64,000 nt of DNA from Hydrurus foetidus (GCA_900617105.1 UYFQ01000001.1:3720001-3784000); one strand, 5' to 3'; shown: positions 1 to 11,818, counted from the first letter of the stretch. Made by a program: numbers and translations. Notes: generated by a model from the sequence alone, not told the origin.

Positions 1-850
1 CCTGGCTTTCGCCGCCAATGTAGATGCGCACGCCTTCGGCTCGGCTAGACACGTCAAGCAATTTCATGAGCTGGGCTTTTTGTTCAAACAAGTCAAACAG
101 CTTGCGCAAATTGCCCATGTCGCTTGCAAAATCGCTCACCGTCAGCAAATTTCGTTCGCCTGATATGACGACTTCGTCGCGTGACTCAATGGCTTCGGAG
201 CTGACCTGCACAGCGGTTTGCATCAGCGTGGCGATTTCCCCGCGCAGTGCCTCCACTTCGTTTTTAAGGCGCTCTCGCACCTCTTCAATGGCCATGCCGG
301 CGTAATGTGAATTTAAAAAATTGGCCGCCTCGATGAGCTGCGACTGCGTGTAGTCGGCTTCAGTAAAAATCACACGGTTTTGCACATCGCCTTCGGGCGA
401 AACGATGATGACTAAAAAGCGCCGCTCAGACAATCGCAAAAACTCAATGTGCCTAAATACCGAACTGCGCCGGGGCGCCATCACCACACCCACAAACTGC
501 GACAGGCTGGACAGCATGTGTGCAGCGCTGCTAAGTACTTTTTGTGGCTGGTCAGGGGCCAGACGTGCTGCGCCCAAGCCCGGAGCATTCAGAAATGGGT
601 CGGACTGAGTCGTCAGCATGGTGTCTACAAACAGCCGATAGCCTAGCGCCGTGGGTATGCGGCCGGCCGAGGTGTGGGGGCTGACGATCAGGCCCAACTC
701 TTCCAGATCGCTCATCACATTGCGGATGGTGGCGGGGGACAGCTCTAGCCCAGAGGCTTTGGACAGCGTGCGCGAACCTACCGGCTGCCCATCGGCGATG
801 TAGCGCTCAACGAGCGCTTTTAACAACAGTCTTGCACGATCGTCCAGCAT
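1..850 (-). CDS. hrcA: Heat-inducible transcription repressor HrcA (3' end runs off the window)
   Basis: Manual minus-strand translation from ATG at 850: [67 protein letters not shown]; divergent from nadK; absent from the ORF track because it is truncated. Confidence 0.96.
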   Translation of the reverse strand, partial: MLDDRARLLLKALVERYIADGQPVGSRTLSKASGLELSPATIRNVMSDLEELGLIVSPHTSAGRIPTALGYRLFVDTMLTTQSDPFLNAPGLGAARLAPDQPQKVLSSAAHMLSSLSQFVGVVMAPRRSSVFRHIEFLRLSERRFLVIIVSPEGDVQNRVIFTEADYTQSQLIEAANFLNSHYAGMAIEEVRERLKNEVEALRGEIATLMQTAVQVSSEAIESRDEVVISGERNLLTVSDFASDMGNLRKLFDLFEQKAQLMKLLDVSSRAEGVRIYIGGESQ

Positions 851-898
851 TCATTTATTCTACGAAGCTTGCCGCCCTTCTTGTGATGTAATTTGACA

Positions 899-1774
899 AT
901 GAAATCGCAATTTCGTCATGTCGCGCTCGTCGGCAAATACCACGCCCAAGGCTCGCGCCTGGCTTTAGAGAGCATTGCGCAGTTCTTAAACGTCCAGGGT
1001 TGTGACGTTGCGATTGAAAAAGACACTGCCAACAACACCGGCCTGACCCAATACCCGATTTTGGACGTGGCCGGCATAGGCGCGCACTGCGACCTGGCCT
1101 TAGTGGTGGGAGGGGACGGCACCATGCTGGGCATTGGCCGTGTGCTGGCCAAGTTTGGCGTGCCGCTGATTGGCATTAATCAGGGTCGGTTGGGGTTTAT
1201 CACGGACATTGCATTTGACGACTACCAAAGCGTTTTAAGCCCCATGCTGCGCGGCGATTTTGAAGAAGACCGCCGCTGGATGATGCAAGCGCAAGTTGTG
1301 CGTGATGGGCGCTGTGTGTTCAACGCCACTGCCATGAATGATGTGGTGGTCAATCGCGGCGCAACCTCGGGCATGGTGGAGCTGCGGGTGGAGGTCGATG
1401 GCCGTTTTGTGGCTAACCAGCGTGCTGACGGTTTGATTATTGCGTCGCCGACAGGCTCAACAGCCTATGCGCTGTCGGCGGGCGGACCGCTTTTGCATCC
1501 TTCAATTGCGGGTTGGGTGTTGGTGCCGATTGCCCCGCATACCTTGTCAAACCGGCCCATTGTCCTTTCAGACATAGGGGAAGTAGCTATTGAAATAGTA
1601 GCGGGCCGAGACGCCAGCGCCAACTTTGACATGCAGTCCTTGGCGAGCTTGATGCTGGGCGACCGGATCACAGTCAAACGCTCTGAGTACCAAATGCGCT
1701 TTTTGCACCCCAAGGGCTGGAGCTATTTTGACACGCTGCGCAAAAAGCTGCACTGGAACGAAGGCGTAGCGTGA
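899..1774 (+). CDS. nadK: NAD kinase
   Basis: [18 protein letters not shown] and ASPTGSTAY motifs; hrcA-nadK-recN synteny. Confidence 0.97.
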   Translation: MKSQFRHVALVGKYHAQGSRLALESIAQFLNVQGCDVAIEKDTANNTGLTQYPILDVAGIGAHCDLALVVGGDGTMLGIGRVLAKFGVPLIGINQGRLGFITDIAFDDYQSVLSPMLRGDFEEDRRWMMQAQVVRDGRCVFNATAMNDVVVNRGATSGMVELRVEVDGRFVANQRADGLIIASPTGSTAYALSAGGPLLHPSIAGWVLVPIAPHTLSNRPIVLSDIGEVAIEIVAGRDASANFDMQSLASLMLGDRITVKRSEYQMRFLHPKGWSYFDTLRKKLHWNEGVA

Positions 1775-1799
1775 CCTATTTTCTTTTGGTTGTCTGGCC

Positions 1800-3443
1800 A
1801 TGAGCCTCAAGCGAATATCGTTACGCGACTTCGTGATTGTTCGCGAAGTCGACCTTGATCTGACGTCAGGGTTCACCGTTTTAACGGGCGAAACCGGCGC
1901 CGGCAAATCAATTTTGATTGATGCGGTTCAGCTCGCGCTTGGCGCGCGCAGCGATGTGGGTATGGTTCGTGAAGGCGCTTTGCGCTGCGAGATAAGCGTC
2001 GAGTTTGACAATCAATTGGCGGTGACAAGCTGGCTTGAAGGTGCGGGCTTTTTGCCTGGCGAAAGCTTGCTGCTGCGCCGCACGATTGATGCGCAAGGGA
2101 AAAGTCGCGCGTGGATAAACGGAAGTGTGGCTACGGTTGCGCAGCTCAAAGACCTTGCCGATAAGCTGGTGGACATTCACGGTCAGCACGCTTGGCAAAG
2201 CTTGACTCGCCCCGATTCAGTCAGAGGCCTGCTAGACGCTTACGCCGGTGTCAACACCGAAGCACTGGCAGCGGCCTGGCAGCTGTGGCGATTGGCACAA
2301 AAAGCTTTGGCAGATGCACGGGGCGCACAAGACAACTCTCAACGCGAGCGCGAAAGACTCTCTTGGCAAATTGCCGAACTCGACAAGCTGTCGCCCGGGT
2401 TAAATGAATGGGACGATCTGAACGCGCAGCACAGCCGCTTGTCAAACGCTCAAACCCTGCGCGATGCCGTGCAAACCGCGCTTGATGCGCTGGTCGATGC
2501 CGACAGCAATGCGCAGGCCTTGCTGGCCAGAGCAGTGGCAGAACTTCAAAATTCTGCGCAATACGAAACGCAATTTGGCCCAATGATTGAAGTTTTAACC
2601 AATGCATCAGCCCAGATTGACGACGCCGCGCATTCTCTGAACCTATACGCTAGACACGCGCAGCTCGAGCCGCAGCGACTGAGCGAACTGGATGAGCGCG
2701 TGGCGCTGTGGATTGGTTTGTCGCGTCGTTATAGGCGCCAACCGGCCGAGCTGCCTGAGCTGGCGGCATCGTGGCGCAATGAACTTCAAGCACTGAACGA
2801 AGCGGCCGATCTTGAGTGGCTTGAAAAAGCGCAAAAAGTCGCTGAGGCTGCATACGTGCGTGAAGCGAAGCTGATTTCAGCGCTGCGTACAAAGTCTGCG
2901 CCGGTTTTGTCGCGTGCCATTTCCAAGTCCATGCAAGGGCTGGGAATGCAAGGCGGCGTTTTTCAGGTTGCGCTGGTGGCGGGCACCGAGCCAACTCAAT
3001 ACGGTTTGGAACAAGTGGAGTTTTTAGTAGCTGGCCACAGAGGCAGCACGCCACGTGCAATTGGCAAGGTGGCTTCTGGTGGTGAGCTGTCTCGAATTGC
3101 TTTGGCCATTGCAGTGACTACCAGCCAGCTCGGCGAGGCGCAAACGCTGATCTTTGATGAAGTTGATTCAGGCGTGGGCGGCGCTGTGGCAGAAACCGTC
3201 GGACGGCTGATGAAGCAACTCGGTAAAGACCGCCAGGTGATGGCAGTTACGCACCTGCCGCAGGTGGCTGCGTGCTCAGACCAGCACTTGCTGGTAGCCA
3301 AACAGACTGAAAACGGAAAAACCTTCAGCACGGTTGATGGGGTGACTGGGCAAGCCCGCGTCCTAGAGATAGCACGCATGCTGGGCGGCGAAAAGCTGTC
3401 TAACACCAGCTTGGCGCATGCCCGGGAAATGCTGAATTCATGA
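1800..3443 (+). CDS. recN: DNA repair protein RecN
   Basis: Walker [11 protein letters not shown], coiled coil, ASGGELSR signature, [15 protein letters not shown]. Confidence 0.97.
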   Translation: MSLKRISLRDFVIVREVDLDLTSGFTVLTGETGAGKSILIDAVQLALGARSDVGMVREGALRCEISVEFDNQLAVTSWLEGAGFLPGESLLLRRTIDAQGKSRAWINGSVATVAQLKDLADKLVDIHGQHAWQSLTRPDSVRGLLDAYAGVNTEALAAAWQLWRLAQKALADARGAQDNSQRERERLSWQIAELDKLSPGLNEWDDLNAQHSRLSNAQTLRDAVQTALDALVDADSNAQALLARAVAELQNSAQYETQFGPMIEVLTNASAQIDDAAHSLNLYARHAQLEPQRLSELDERVALWIGLSRRYRRQPAELPELAASWRNELQALNEAADLEWLEKAQKVAEAAYVREAKLISALRTKSAPVLSRAISKSMQGLGMQGGVFQVALVAGTEPTQYGLEQVEFLVAGHRGSTPRAIGKVASGGELSRIALAIAVTTSQLGEAQTLIFDEVDSGVGGAVAETVGRLMKQLGKDRQVMAVTHLPQVAACSDQHLLVAKQTENGKTFSTVDGVTGQARVLEIARMLGGEKLSNTSLAHAREMLNS

Positions 3444-4336
3444 AAGGCCCTGCAAAAATTAGCGGTGATGCGCCTTTAGAAATGGTGCTGATTACCGGCA
3501 TGTCCGGTTCTGGAAAATCGGTGGCTTTGCGCGCATTGGAAGACGCTGGCTTTTACTGTGTAGACAATCTGCCGCCTGAACTTCTCGTATCGTTTATTGC
3601 GCTAGAGATGCAGCATGGCGCCAGAAAAGTTGCCATTGCAATGGATGTGCGCAGCGCAACATCTTTGCCGCTGGTGCCCGGACAACTTGCGCGTTTGCGC
3701 GAACAAGGGGTGGCGATTCAGTCGCTGTTTTTAGACGCGACTACCGAAACGCTGGTGCGACGTTTCTCCGAGACCCGGCGCTTACACCCGCTGTCGCGGG
3801 CAGGCGCGCCGAATCACCATCGGGCGCTGGTCGATGCGATTGAGCTCGAGCGTGAGCTGCTGGGCGAGCTTCAGCAGCAAGCGCACGTACTCGACACCAG
3901 CATGATTCGGTCGTCGCAACTGCAGGGTTATGTGAAGTCTTTGATTTCTATCGCCAGAACGCAGTTGACGCTGGTGTTTCAGTCATTCGCGTTCAAGCGG
4001 GGTGTTCCTCTCGACGCTGACTTCGTGTTTGATGTTCGCATGTTGCCCAACCCGCACTACGAGCCGGGCCTTCGCGAGCTCACTGGAAAAAACGCGGCGG
4101 TTGCTGATTATTTACGCGGCTATTCGGAGGTGGGTGACATGCTGTGTGATGTCGATGGATTTATTCGGCGCTGGCTCGCGGCAATGGTCAAAGATCACCG
4201 AAGCTATGTCACCGTAGCGATAGGTTGCACAGGCGGACAACATCGCTCGGTTTACTTGGTTGAGGAACTGGTGCGGGCGTTTGCGAACGATTGGCCCACC
4301 CTGAAGCGGCACCGCGAGCTTGACAGCAGCGCATGA
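3440..4336 (+). CDS. rapZ: RNase adapter RapZ (P-loop nucleotide-binding protein)
   Basis: [43 protein letters not shown]. Confidence 0.95.
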   Translation: MKGPAKISGDAPLEMVLITGMSGSGKSVALRALEDAGFYCVDNLPPELLVSFIALEMQHGARKVAIAMDVRSATSLPLVPGQLARLREQGVAIQSLFLDATTETLVRRFSETRRLHPLSRAGAPNHHRALVDAIELERELLGELQQQAHVLDTSMIRSSQLQGYVKSLISIARTQLTLVFQSFAFKRGVPLDADFVFDVRMLPNPHYEPGLRELTGKNAAVADYLRGYSEVGDMLCDVDGFIRRWLAAMVKDHRSYVTVAIGCTGGQHRSVYLVEELVRAFANDWPTLKRHRELDSSA

Positions 4337-4355
4337 GGCAGACTAGCCTGTAGCG

Positions 4356-5423
4356 TTAATGGGCTGATAACAAGGCGCGAATAGGCGCAGGCAACCCCAG
4401 CTGCAGGTACTGAGGCGGAAGCAGCCAGCAAGTATCCATAACCGCTGCGTGCTTCAACAATTTATTTTTACCGCTCAAATTCGCAATGACGACGTTGAGT
4501 TGCAGATCTTTATGTGTCAAAACATGTTTAATAGGCGGCAGTAACTCAGCCCGATCGCGGTCTGATGTTGGTAACGCAGCCTTGAGGTCTGCTTCACTTT
4601 CAAATAGTGGGAAGCAATACAACCCACCCCACACGCCGCTTTCAGGACGCTTAGCCAAACACACTTCACCCACCGCGTTTTGAGCCCATAGCAGCCACAA
4701 ACTTTGGGCACTGCGCTTTATTTTTTTGGTTTTAACCGGGTACTTTTCTGGATTGCCGTCACGATGGCTAAGGCACATTGACTGCACTGGGCAAATCGTG
4801 CAAGAGGGCCGAGTTCCCTTGCAAACAGTTGCTCCCAAGTCCATGATGCCTTGGGTGTAGCGCGGCATCGACTCCGTCAATGCGTGTTTTGGAAGCAGGT
4901 GATTGGCGATGATCAGCAGAGCCTTCTCACTTGCTTGTTGGCTCATGTCTTCTTGCACAGCCAAAACCCGGGTGAGCACGCGTTTGACGTTTCCATCCAA
5001 AATCGCAACGCGCTCGGAGTAGCAAAACGAAGCAATGGCCGCTGCGGTAGACGGTCCAATTCCCGGCAAGGTTTGTAATTGCAATGCGGTCTTTGGGAAA
5101 GCCCCGGCGTGCAGGCTCACCACTTGCTGCGCGCAGCGATGCATGTTGCGGGCGCGGCTGTAGTAGCCCAGGCCGCTCCATAAGCCGAGCACATTGTCGA
5201 TTGGCGCTTCAGCCAGAGCCACTACGTTTGGAAAGCGCGTTAAAAACCTGTCGAAATAGCTCAGCACTGTAGTCACTTGTGTCTGCTGAAGCATAATTTC
5301 AGACAGCCACACGCGATAGGGGTCGCGGGTGTTTTGCCAAGGCAGGGCATGCCTTCCGTGTTGCTTTTGCCAATCGATTACTTTGCTGGCAAAGTGCGCC
5401 GCAGCGCCAGAACTCAATTCCAC
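4356..5423 (-). CDS. mutY: A/G-specific adenine DNA glycosylase
   Basis: WLSEIMLQQTQV, GLGYYSRARN, HhH LPGIG, DGNVKRVL, Fe-S cysteines CKGTRPSCTICPVQSMC. Confidence 0.97.
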   Translation of the reverse strand: MELSSGAAAHFASKVIDWQKQHGRHALPWQNTRDPYRVWLSEIMLQQTQVTTVLSYFDRFLTRFPNVVALAEAPIDNVLGLWSGLGYYSRARNMHRCAQQVVSLHAGAFPKTALQLQTLPGIGPSTAAAIASFCYSERVAILDGNVKRVLTRVLAVQEDMSQQASEKALLIIANHLLPKHALTESMPRYTQGIMDLGATVCKGTRPSCTICPVQSMCLSHRDGNPEKYPVKTKKIKRSAQSLWLLWAQNAVGEVCLAKRPESGVWGGLYCFPLFESEADLKAALPTSDRDRAELLPPIKHVLTHKDLQLNVVIANLSGKNKLLKHAAVMDTCWLLPPQYLQLGLPAPIRALLSAH

Positions 5424-5424
5424 T

Positions 5425-7419
5425 TCAAGCCATGGCAGCCAGTTGCGAATTCGGCTTAGGCGAAGGCAGGTTTGCTTTTGGCGATTGCAGCTTGTCGTCC
5501 ACTGGCACTGGCGTTCCTGCCAGATGTGCTGTCAGCTCAGTCAGCTTGTTGTCCAAGGCGTTGAGCTTGTCTTCTTGGATGTTGATTTCTGCAATACGCT
5601 CATCGAGCCCAGATGCTGCACTTTGAATGCGCTCTATCGCCTCAATACGGCGGACAAAGTTTTTCCGGCGCTCCCTGAGCTGCGCGTCAAGCTGAGAAGC
5701 GGCTGACTTGTTCCACAGCTCAAGCTCGCTCAATGCTGACTCGTAGATCACCCGCAGCCGTGTAGACAGTGCGCGCACCAAACGCTCAGAAAAGTTGGGT
5801 TGTGACAACTTCAAAATGTTATTGACACCCAAATACTGCAAGTGACTGAGCTCAATCAACTCGAGGTCACGTTTGAAATGGGCAAGTTCGGGCTCTTTCG
5901 GCGCTTGCAGTGAAAATCCAAATTCGGCGTTCAGAAGCTTGAAAGACGCGACCAGCATGGAGTGGATTTCAGCGCTCGTTGCCTGGGATTTTTGAAGGCT
6001 TGCGCGCAGCTTGGAAAAGGTCTGGCCGTAAGCTTTTTTTACGCCAAATTTAATTCCTGGCTGCTTGAGTCTGGAAGTCAAATCGGATAGCTCCAACTTG
6101 AGCGCTGGTGATCCCAATAATTTGAACACCTCACGCAATAGTTTGAGGTGAACCGACCTGACGGCATGAATTTTGGCGCCACTTTTGTCAAATTCAGCCC
6201 GCTCAAGTTCAATGCGTGAGCGCATGTGCCGGATCACAGATGAATTTTTTCCTCGCAACCCGCGCAGTTCATCCGTTTGTTCGGCTAAATCGCGTCTGCG
6301 TATGTGTATCGACCGTCCGGCTTCAATACGCAACTCGCTAATGCCGCCAGCAACTGCCAAGCGCAGAATTTTTTGACGCTGACCCATCACGCCCTCGGCT
6401 AACGCCAGCTCCAGGTTAGGCAATGCGCTGGCCTCAAGCAAGGCATCGTCTCCGGTGACTTTCGCGACCAAGCCTTTTTGCGCAGAAACCGGAATCACCT
6501 GTGCAACAGGCAATCCCAAGATTTCAGCAGAGCTCTGTCGCTGCCGGTCAATTTGCGCTTTGATTTGCTCGGGCGAACTTAGCTCGTCCCACAGCGTGTC
6601 GATCTTGTTCAAGACCACCAGCCTGGAAATGCTTTCTGAATCGCCAGTGATCAGGTGCTCGCGCCATATAGACAGGTCGGATTTGGTAACGCCCGTATCC
6701 GCAGCCAAAATAAACACCACGGCGTGCGCTTGTGGAATCAAGCTAACTGTTAATTCAGGCTCGGCACCAATCGCATTCAAGCCAGGCGTGTCCAAAATCA
6801 CCAAGCCTTGCTTGAGCAACGGATGTGCAATATTGATAAGTGCGTGCCGCCACCGCGGTACTTCAATCAGTCCGTCTGGCCGAACGAGCGGGTTATCGTC
6901 AATGTTTTCATCGTGCCAAAAGCCCAATGCTGTGGCTTCTTCTTTGGTAACGTGGCGAACTTCAGCCACCTTTTCCAATGCTTGTGCCAGCTGCGCAGGG
7001 TCATTGACGTCGAGGTCGACCCGAGTCCATTTTTCAGGAACAGCTCGCCACTCCATGAGTGCCTGCGTTTGCAGACGCGTCTCAATTGGCAAAAGCCTTA
7101 AGCAGGGGGGAACGTCGGCGTCGTAGCCCAGTTCGGTCGGGCACATGGTGGTTCGGCCAGCACTGGCCGGCATGATGCGCCGGCCGTAGCCAGCGAAAAA
7201 TATGGCGTTGATCAGCTCTGATTTGCCGCGCGAAAACTCCGCTACGAAAGCCACCATGACCTTGTCAGACCGAACTTGAGTTTCCAGGCGATGCAGTCTC
7301 TCCTCGACAGCTGCATCGATCAGGTCGTGATCTTTCATCCACTCTGCAAGCAGCTTCAAACGCAGCGCAAACTCTCGCCGCCATGCGCCGTGCTGGTCGA
7401 ATTGTTCATTAAAGGTCAT
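5425..7419 (-). CDS. Dynamin-like GTPase family protein
   Basis: G1 AEFSRGKS, G2 TTMCPT, G3 DTPG, G4 NKID, long helical C-terminus. Confidence 0.88.
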   Translation of the reverse strand: MTFNEQFDQHGAWRREFALRLKLLAEWMKDHDLIDAAVEERLHRLETQVRSDKVMVAFVAEFSRGKSELINAIFFAGYGRRIMPASAGRTTMCPTELGYDADVPPCLRLLPIETRLQTQALMEWRAVPEKWTRVDLDVNDPAQLAQALEKVAEVRHVTKEEATALGFWHDENIDDNPLVRPDGLIEVPRWRHALINIAHPLLKQGLVILDTPGLNAIGAEPELTVSLIPQAHAVVFILAADTGVTKSDLSIWREHLITGDSESISRLVVLNKIDTLWDELSSPEQIKAQIDRQRQSSAEILGLPVAQVIPVSAQKGLVAKVTGDDALLEASALPNLELALAEGVMGQRQKILRLAVAGGISELRIEAGRSIHIRRRDLAEQTDELRGLRGKNSSVIRHMRSRIELERAEFDKSGAKIHAVRSVHLKLLREVFKLLGSPALKLELSDLTSRLKQPGIKFGVKKAYGQTFSKLRASLQKSQATSAEIHSMLVASFKLLNAEFGFSLQAPKEPELAHFKRDLELIELSHLQYLGVNNILKLSQPNFSERLVRALSTRLRVIYESALSELELWNKSAASQLDAQLRERRKNFVRRIEAIERIQSAASGLDERIAEINIQEDKLNALDNKLTELTAHLAGTPVPVDDKLQSPKANLPSPKPNSQLAAMA

Positions 7420-7499
7420 AGGGGTCCATTTTCAAGCGAATTCAATATAGCATTGCGGCCCGTAAATGCCTAGTTTATTGGGCCCGCGCCGTCTTCGGC

Positions 7500-8315
7500 T
7501 TAAGGTTTTTGGCATTTCGGGCAATAAAAGGTGGAGCGCTGGCCCTGCCGAATAGTTTTGATGAGCGTGCTGCACAGCCGGCAGGGCAGGTTTGCACGGT
7601 CGTAAACGCTGGCGTGCAGCTGGAAGTGACCTGTCTCGCCGCTGGCGTTAGAGAAATTCTGCAGCGTACTACCGCCTTGCCTGACTGCCTCTGCCAGTAT
7701 CTGCCGAATAGCGGCATGCAGGCGAATTGCGCGTGGCTTGCTTATTTTGCTGGCAGCCGTAGTAGGCCGTATGCCCGCTAAAAAGAGCGTTTCTGACGCA
7801 TAAATGTTACCCACACCGACGACGATTTCCCCGGCCAAAAGTACTTGTTTGATGGGTGATTTCCTGGGGCGAAGTGCTGCATGAAACGCCAAATTGTCAA
7901 ACTCGTCGCTTAACGGCTCAACACCGAGTCTGCCGAGTAACTTTTTTGCTGCGGCGCTGTCTTCACCTTCGGCGTACACCACCGCCCCAAATCGTCTGGG
8001 ATCATTCAGGCGTAAGGTTCCCTGCGTGGTTTGCATTTCAAAATGGTCATGTTTGCCCGGGGCAGGCAGACTGGCTGCAAAACTGATGCTGCCCGACATG
8101 CCCAGATGAATCAGCAGCAAACCGTTACTCAAATCCACCAGCAGGTATTTGCCTCGACGGCGTACACCCGAGATATGTTGGCCGTGCAGTGCCTGCGTCT
8201 CGCAATTGATCGGCCAGCGCAGCGCCTTACCCAAGGTGACGGACAACACGGTTGCACCAGCGATGCGATCGGCAAAACTCAGTCGGGTGACTTCAACTTC
8301 GGGAAGTTCTGGCAT
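7500..8315 (-). CDS. mutM: Formamidopyrimidine-DNA glycosylase
   Basis: Begins MPELPEVE at ATG 8315; [22 protein letters not shown]-terminal zinc finger. Confidence 0.97.
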   Translation of the reverse strand: MPELPEVEVTRLSFADRIAGATVLSVTLGKALRWPINCETQALHGQHISGVRRRGKYLLVDLSNGLLLIHLGMSGSISFAASLPAPGKHDHFEMQTTQGTLRLNDPRRFGAVVYAEGEDSAAAKKLLGRLGVEPLSDEFDNLAFHAALRPRKSPIKQVLLAGEIVVGVGNIYASETLFLAGIRPTTAASKISKPRAIRLHAAIRQILAEAVRQGGSTLQNFSNASGETGHFQLHASVYDRANLPCRLCSTLIKTIRQGQRSTFYCPKCQKP

Positions 8316-8399
8316 GCGGTCCTTAGGGCTGGGGGCGGTTGAAACTGGCTTTACGCGAGCGCCTGCGCGCCGCTGTAAAGCTTCAATTATCATGACACG

Positions 8400-10184
8400 A
8401 TGAAAAAAGCTGTTTTTGTGCTTTGTGGCTTATGCATCATGGCTCCTCTGGTGTTGGCGCAACCGGCAGCACCCCGCAAAGCGCCAGTCACGCAAACCAG
8501 GCCGGCGGCAGTTGAACCCGCGCAGGCTGCCGCGCCGGAAGCCTCTTTACTTGACGCCGATCTGTTTTATCGCCTTTTGGTCGGTGAGCTAACTGCCCGG
8601 GAGGGCGACCTTGGCGCTGGCTACGCTTTGATTCTGGATGCTGCGCGAAAATCCAATGATCCACAGCTGTACCAAAGAGCGTCTGACTTGGCCTTGCAGT
8701 CAAGGGCCGGAGACGCCGCGCTGCAGTCTGCGGTTGCCTGGAAAAAAGCTTTCCCTGCGTCAAGTGATGCCAATCGCTATGTGCTTCAAATTCTGGTTGC
8801 CCTGAACCGGTTAAGCGAAACGCTTGAACCACTTAAAATCGGGATTTTGCTTGTCTCCCCGGCTGATAGAAATGCAACCATTGCGGCTGTGCCGCGCGCT
8901 TATGCACGCGTGGGCGATAAAAAGCTGGCTACCAGCGTGGTTGAAGAAGCTCTGGCCACCTACGTTATCAACCCAACAACGTCGGCCGCAGCGTGGTCTG
9001 CAATAGGCCGAATGCGCCTGATGGCGAACGACGCTGTGGGCGCTCTCGCGGCGGCTAAAAACGGCCAGGCTGCAGACGGCTTGGCCGAAGGGCCGATTTT
9101 GGTCGCGCTAGAGGTCATGAGCCCGCAATTTGCCGATGCTGAGGCGATGGTCAAAAAATACCTGGCCAGCCCGAAACCGCAGCCTGAAATTCGGATGGGT
9201 TATGCGAGGGCGTTGATCGACGATCAGCGTTTAGGAGACGCAGCAGCCCAGCTTAAATTGGTCAATATCGACAAGCCCGAGTTCGCGCCTGCGTGGTTGG
9301 TGCTGGGGTCGTTGCAGTTGCAAGAACTGAAGCTGGCACCGGCCCAAACGTCTTTTGAGAGGTACGTTGCGCTCAGCCTGAAAGCCCAAGAAGCTAGCGA
9401 TTCGGACGAGCCAGACCGCGGCTTGGCACAGGCTTATTTGTCGTTGGCGCAAATTGCAGAAAAGCGCAAGGATTTCGCTGCCGCCGAAGGCTGGATAAGC
9501 AAAATCGACAACGCCGCAGAAATGGTTCAGGCGCAGTCCCGGCGTGCATCTATTCTTGCCAATCAGGGCAAGTTGGCAGAAGGGCGGCAGTTGATTCGCA
9601 GCCTGCCTGAGCGCGAACCCGGTGATGCACGGCTGAAACTGCTGGCTGAGGCGGGCCTGCTGCGCGACCGCAAGGAGTTCAAGTTAACCTACGAATTGCT
9701 TGCCAAAGCGGCACTGGCTTTTCCGCAAGACAGCGAGATTTTGTACGACCAGGCCATGATGGCGGAGAAGCTGGGCCAGTTGCCCGAGATGGAGCGCCTG
9801 TTGCGCCAGGTTATCGCTGCCAAGCCCGACGCCTACAACGCCTATAACGCTCTGGGTTACTCGCTGGCAGAGCGCAACATTCGCCTGGTAGAGGCAAAAC
9901 AGCTGATTCAAAAAGCGCTTGAGTACGTGCCGAATGACCCGTTTATTCGTGACAGTTTGGGTTGGGTTGAATTTCGCATGGGTAACCTTGCAAGCGCCAG
10001 CCAGATTTTGGCCGACGCCTTTAAAACCAAGCCCGATGCCGAAATTGCGGCGCACTATGGTGAAGTGTTGTGGGCGCAGGGCCAGCAAGACAAAGCCATT
10101 GGCATCTGGCGTGAGGGAATGCTGTTGAACTCTGAAAACGAGACTTTGCTAGAGACCGTTAAACGCCTGAAGGCCAAGCTCTGA
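8400..10184 (+). CDS. Exported tetratricopeptide-repeat protein
   Basis: Signal peptide; TPR motifs ([27 protein letters not shown]); usual position between mutM and lolB. Confidence 0.88.
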   Translation: MKKAVFVLCGLCIMAPLVLAQPAAPRKAPVTQTRPAAVEPAQAAAPEASLLDADLFYRLLVGELTAREGDLGAGYALILDAARKSNDPQLYQRASDLALQSRAGDAALQSAVAWKKAFPASSDANRYVLQILVALNRLSETLEPLKIGILLVSPADRNATIAAVPRAYARVGDKKLATSVVEEALATYVINPTTSAAAWSAIGRMRLMANDAVGALAAAKNGQAADGLAEGPILVALEVMSPQFADAEAMVKKYLASPKPQPEIRMGYARALIDDQRLGDAAAQLKLVNIDKPEFAPAWLVLGSLQLQELKLAPAQTSFERYVALSLKAQEASDSDEPDRGLAQAYLSLAQIAEKRKDFAAAEGWISKIDNAAEMVQAQSRRASILANQGKLAEGRQLIRSLPEREPGDARLKLLAEAGLLRDRKEFKLTYELLAKAALAFPQDSEILYDQAMMAEKLGQLPEMERLLRQVIAAKPDAYNAYNALGYSLAERNIRLVEAKQLIQKALEYVPNDPFIRDSLGWVEFRMGNLASASQILADAFKTKPDAEIAAHYGEVLWAQGQQDKAIGIWREGMLLNSENETLLETVKRLKAKL

Positions 10185-10216
10185 AGTCCCCGCTTGCTGC
10201 TGTAGTTGCACGGCGT

Positions 10217-10714
10217 TTGCTGCTGGCTTCGGGCTGCTTATTTGCTATTAATATGCTAGCTGCTTGTGCCCATAAAATAAGCGCTACAGGCCAAAGTGAT
10301 GCTATTTCTAAGGCGCTTTTGGATGTTTGGACGGGTCGAATCAGCCTGAAGGTTCAAAGCGATCCGCCACAAGCTTTTTTTGCTGCTTTTGAACTCAACG
10401 GCCGGCCAGATTTTGGCGACTTGACCTTGATCAGCCCGTTGGGCAGCATTTTGGGTGTGCTGCGATGGTCGCCATCGTCCGCAACGCTGGAGTCGACTCA
10501 AGGCACCAAACGCTCTGCCACTGTCGAGGAGCTACTGGAGCAAGTGACAGGTGCTGCCATCCCGACAGTTGCGCTATTCGACTGGTTGGCTGGTAAACCG
10601 ACTGCCTTGAGCGGCTGGACCGCTGATTTGTCGCAGCAATCCGCTGGCCGCATTGTTGCCACGCGCGCGCTGCCTTCGCCGCCAGTCGAATTGCGTATTG
10701 TTTTGGACCGTTAG
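10217..10714 (+). CDS. lolB: Outer-membrane lipoprotein LolB (start uncertain; an in-frame CTG at 10181 overlaps the upstream stop)
   Basis: Lipobox LAAC, WTGRISL, LISPLGS, IP...LFDWL; position upstream of ispE. Confidence 0.85.
   Translation: MLLASGCLFAINMLAACAHKISATGQSDAISKALLDVWTGRISLKVQSDPPQAFFAAFELNGRPDFGDLTLISPLGSILGVLRWSPSSATLESTQGTKRSATVEELLEQVTGAAIPTVALFDWLAGKPTALSGWTADLSQQSAGRIVATRALPSPPVELRIVLDR
10244..10292 (+). repeat. GCTAT-N7-ATAGC palindromic repeat, copy inside lolB
   Basis: GCTATTAATATGCTAGCTGCTTGTGCCCATAAAATAAGCGCTACAGGCC resembles the intergenic copies at 14492, 34329 and 49336. Confidence 0.75.
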
Positions 10715-10729
10715 TCCGGGCGCATCACC

Positions 10730-11599
10730 ATGAAGGCTCTTTACGACGTACCCGCGCCGGCCAAGCTCAACGTGTTTTTGCACGTTACGGGCCGGCGAAG
10801 TGACGGCTACCATTTAATCCAGTCCGTTTTCATGTTGATTGACTGGTGCGATATCTTGCATTTCGAGCTGCGCACCGACGGGCTTATTCACCGCACCGAC
10901 TTGCTGGCCAGCAGCAACCACGAGCTGCCTGCTGAAGACCTGACCGTGCGCGCCGCCACGGCGCTACAAGCGGCTTGTGGCACGTCGTTTGGAGTTGACA
11001 TCCACCTCGAAAAGCGAATTCCCGCGCAGGCGGGAATGGGCGGCGGCTCGTCTGATGCGGCCAGCTGCCTGCTGGCGCTCCAACGCTTGTGGGGCGTTAC
11101 CTTGCCGCGCGAAAAGCTGATGGCGATTGCGATAAGTCTGGGTGCAGATGTGCCGTTTTTCTTGTGCGGCGGCAATGCTTGGGTAGAAGGCATCGGCGAA
11201 AAGATAACCCCAATTGATTTGCCTCCAGCTGATTTTTTAGTGATCAAACCTGCGCAAGGGCTCTCAACGCAGGGCATTTTCAGCTCCGCCTTGCTCAAGC
11301 ACGACACTGAAACTGCTACAATACAGGGCTTTGCTGCAAAATTTCGGGGGGAAACTTTCGATTTTGGTCGTAATGATCTGCAACCAGTAGCCGTTCAGCT
11401 TTGCCCGGAGATTGTTCAGTCGCTTGACTGGCTGTCTAGTAACAAACTAAGAGGCAGAATGACCGGGTCAGGCAGCGCAGTTTTTGCTGAAGTAAAAAAC
11501 GATGGAAATTTGCACGAGGTAAATCTTGCAAGCGTTCCCGGTGATTGGAAGATTCGCAGATGCAGTAATTTGCAAATGCATCCTCTGGCTATTTGGTAA
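10730..11599 (+). CDS. ispE: 4-diphosphocytidyl-2-C-methyl-D-erythritol kinase
   Basis: PAPAKLN, KRIPAQAGMGGGSSDAA, LGADVPFF, MTGSGS. Confidence 0.97.
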   Translation: MKALYDVPAPAKLNVFLHVTGRRSDGYHLIQSVFMLIDWCDILHFELRTDGLIHRTDLLASSNHELPAEDLTVRAATALQAACGTSFGVDIHLEKRIPAQAGMGGGSSDAASCLLALQRLWGVTLPREKLMAIAISLGADVPFFLCGGNAWVEGIGEKITPIDLPPADFLVIKPAQGLSTQGIFSSALLKHDTETATIQGFAAKFRGETFDFGRNDLQPVAVQLCPEIVQSLDWLSSNKLRGRMTGSGSAVFAEVKNDGNLHEVNLASVPGDWKIRRCSNLQMHPLAIW

Positions 11600-11694
11600 A
11601 TCGTAAGTCAGCAAGAGTTTTGTAGTAAACGAGTTATGGGTTTGTTGCAGCGGCAGGTCGAGTTTTCGTCAAGCCGGTTGCAGTAGTCCCGTGT

Positions 11695-11771
11695 AGGGGT
11701 GTCGCCAAGTTGGTTAAGGCACCGGATTTTGATTCCGGCATTCGCAGGTTCGACTCCTTCCACCCCTGCCA
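11695..11771 (+). tRNA. tRNA-Gln(TTG)
   Basis: Acceptor AGGGGTG/CACCCCT, anticodon arm CCGGA-TTTTGAT-TCCGG, TTCGA loop, encoded CCA; canonical ispE-tRNAGln-prs position. Confidence 0.96.
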
Positions 11772-11818
11772 AAATTTTTAGTAATTGTGGGCAAACGCCT
11801 CTGGCTTTTGCCTTTAGT

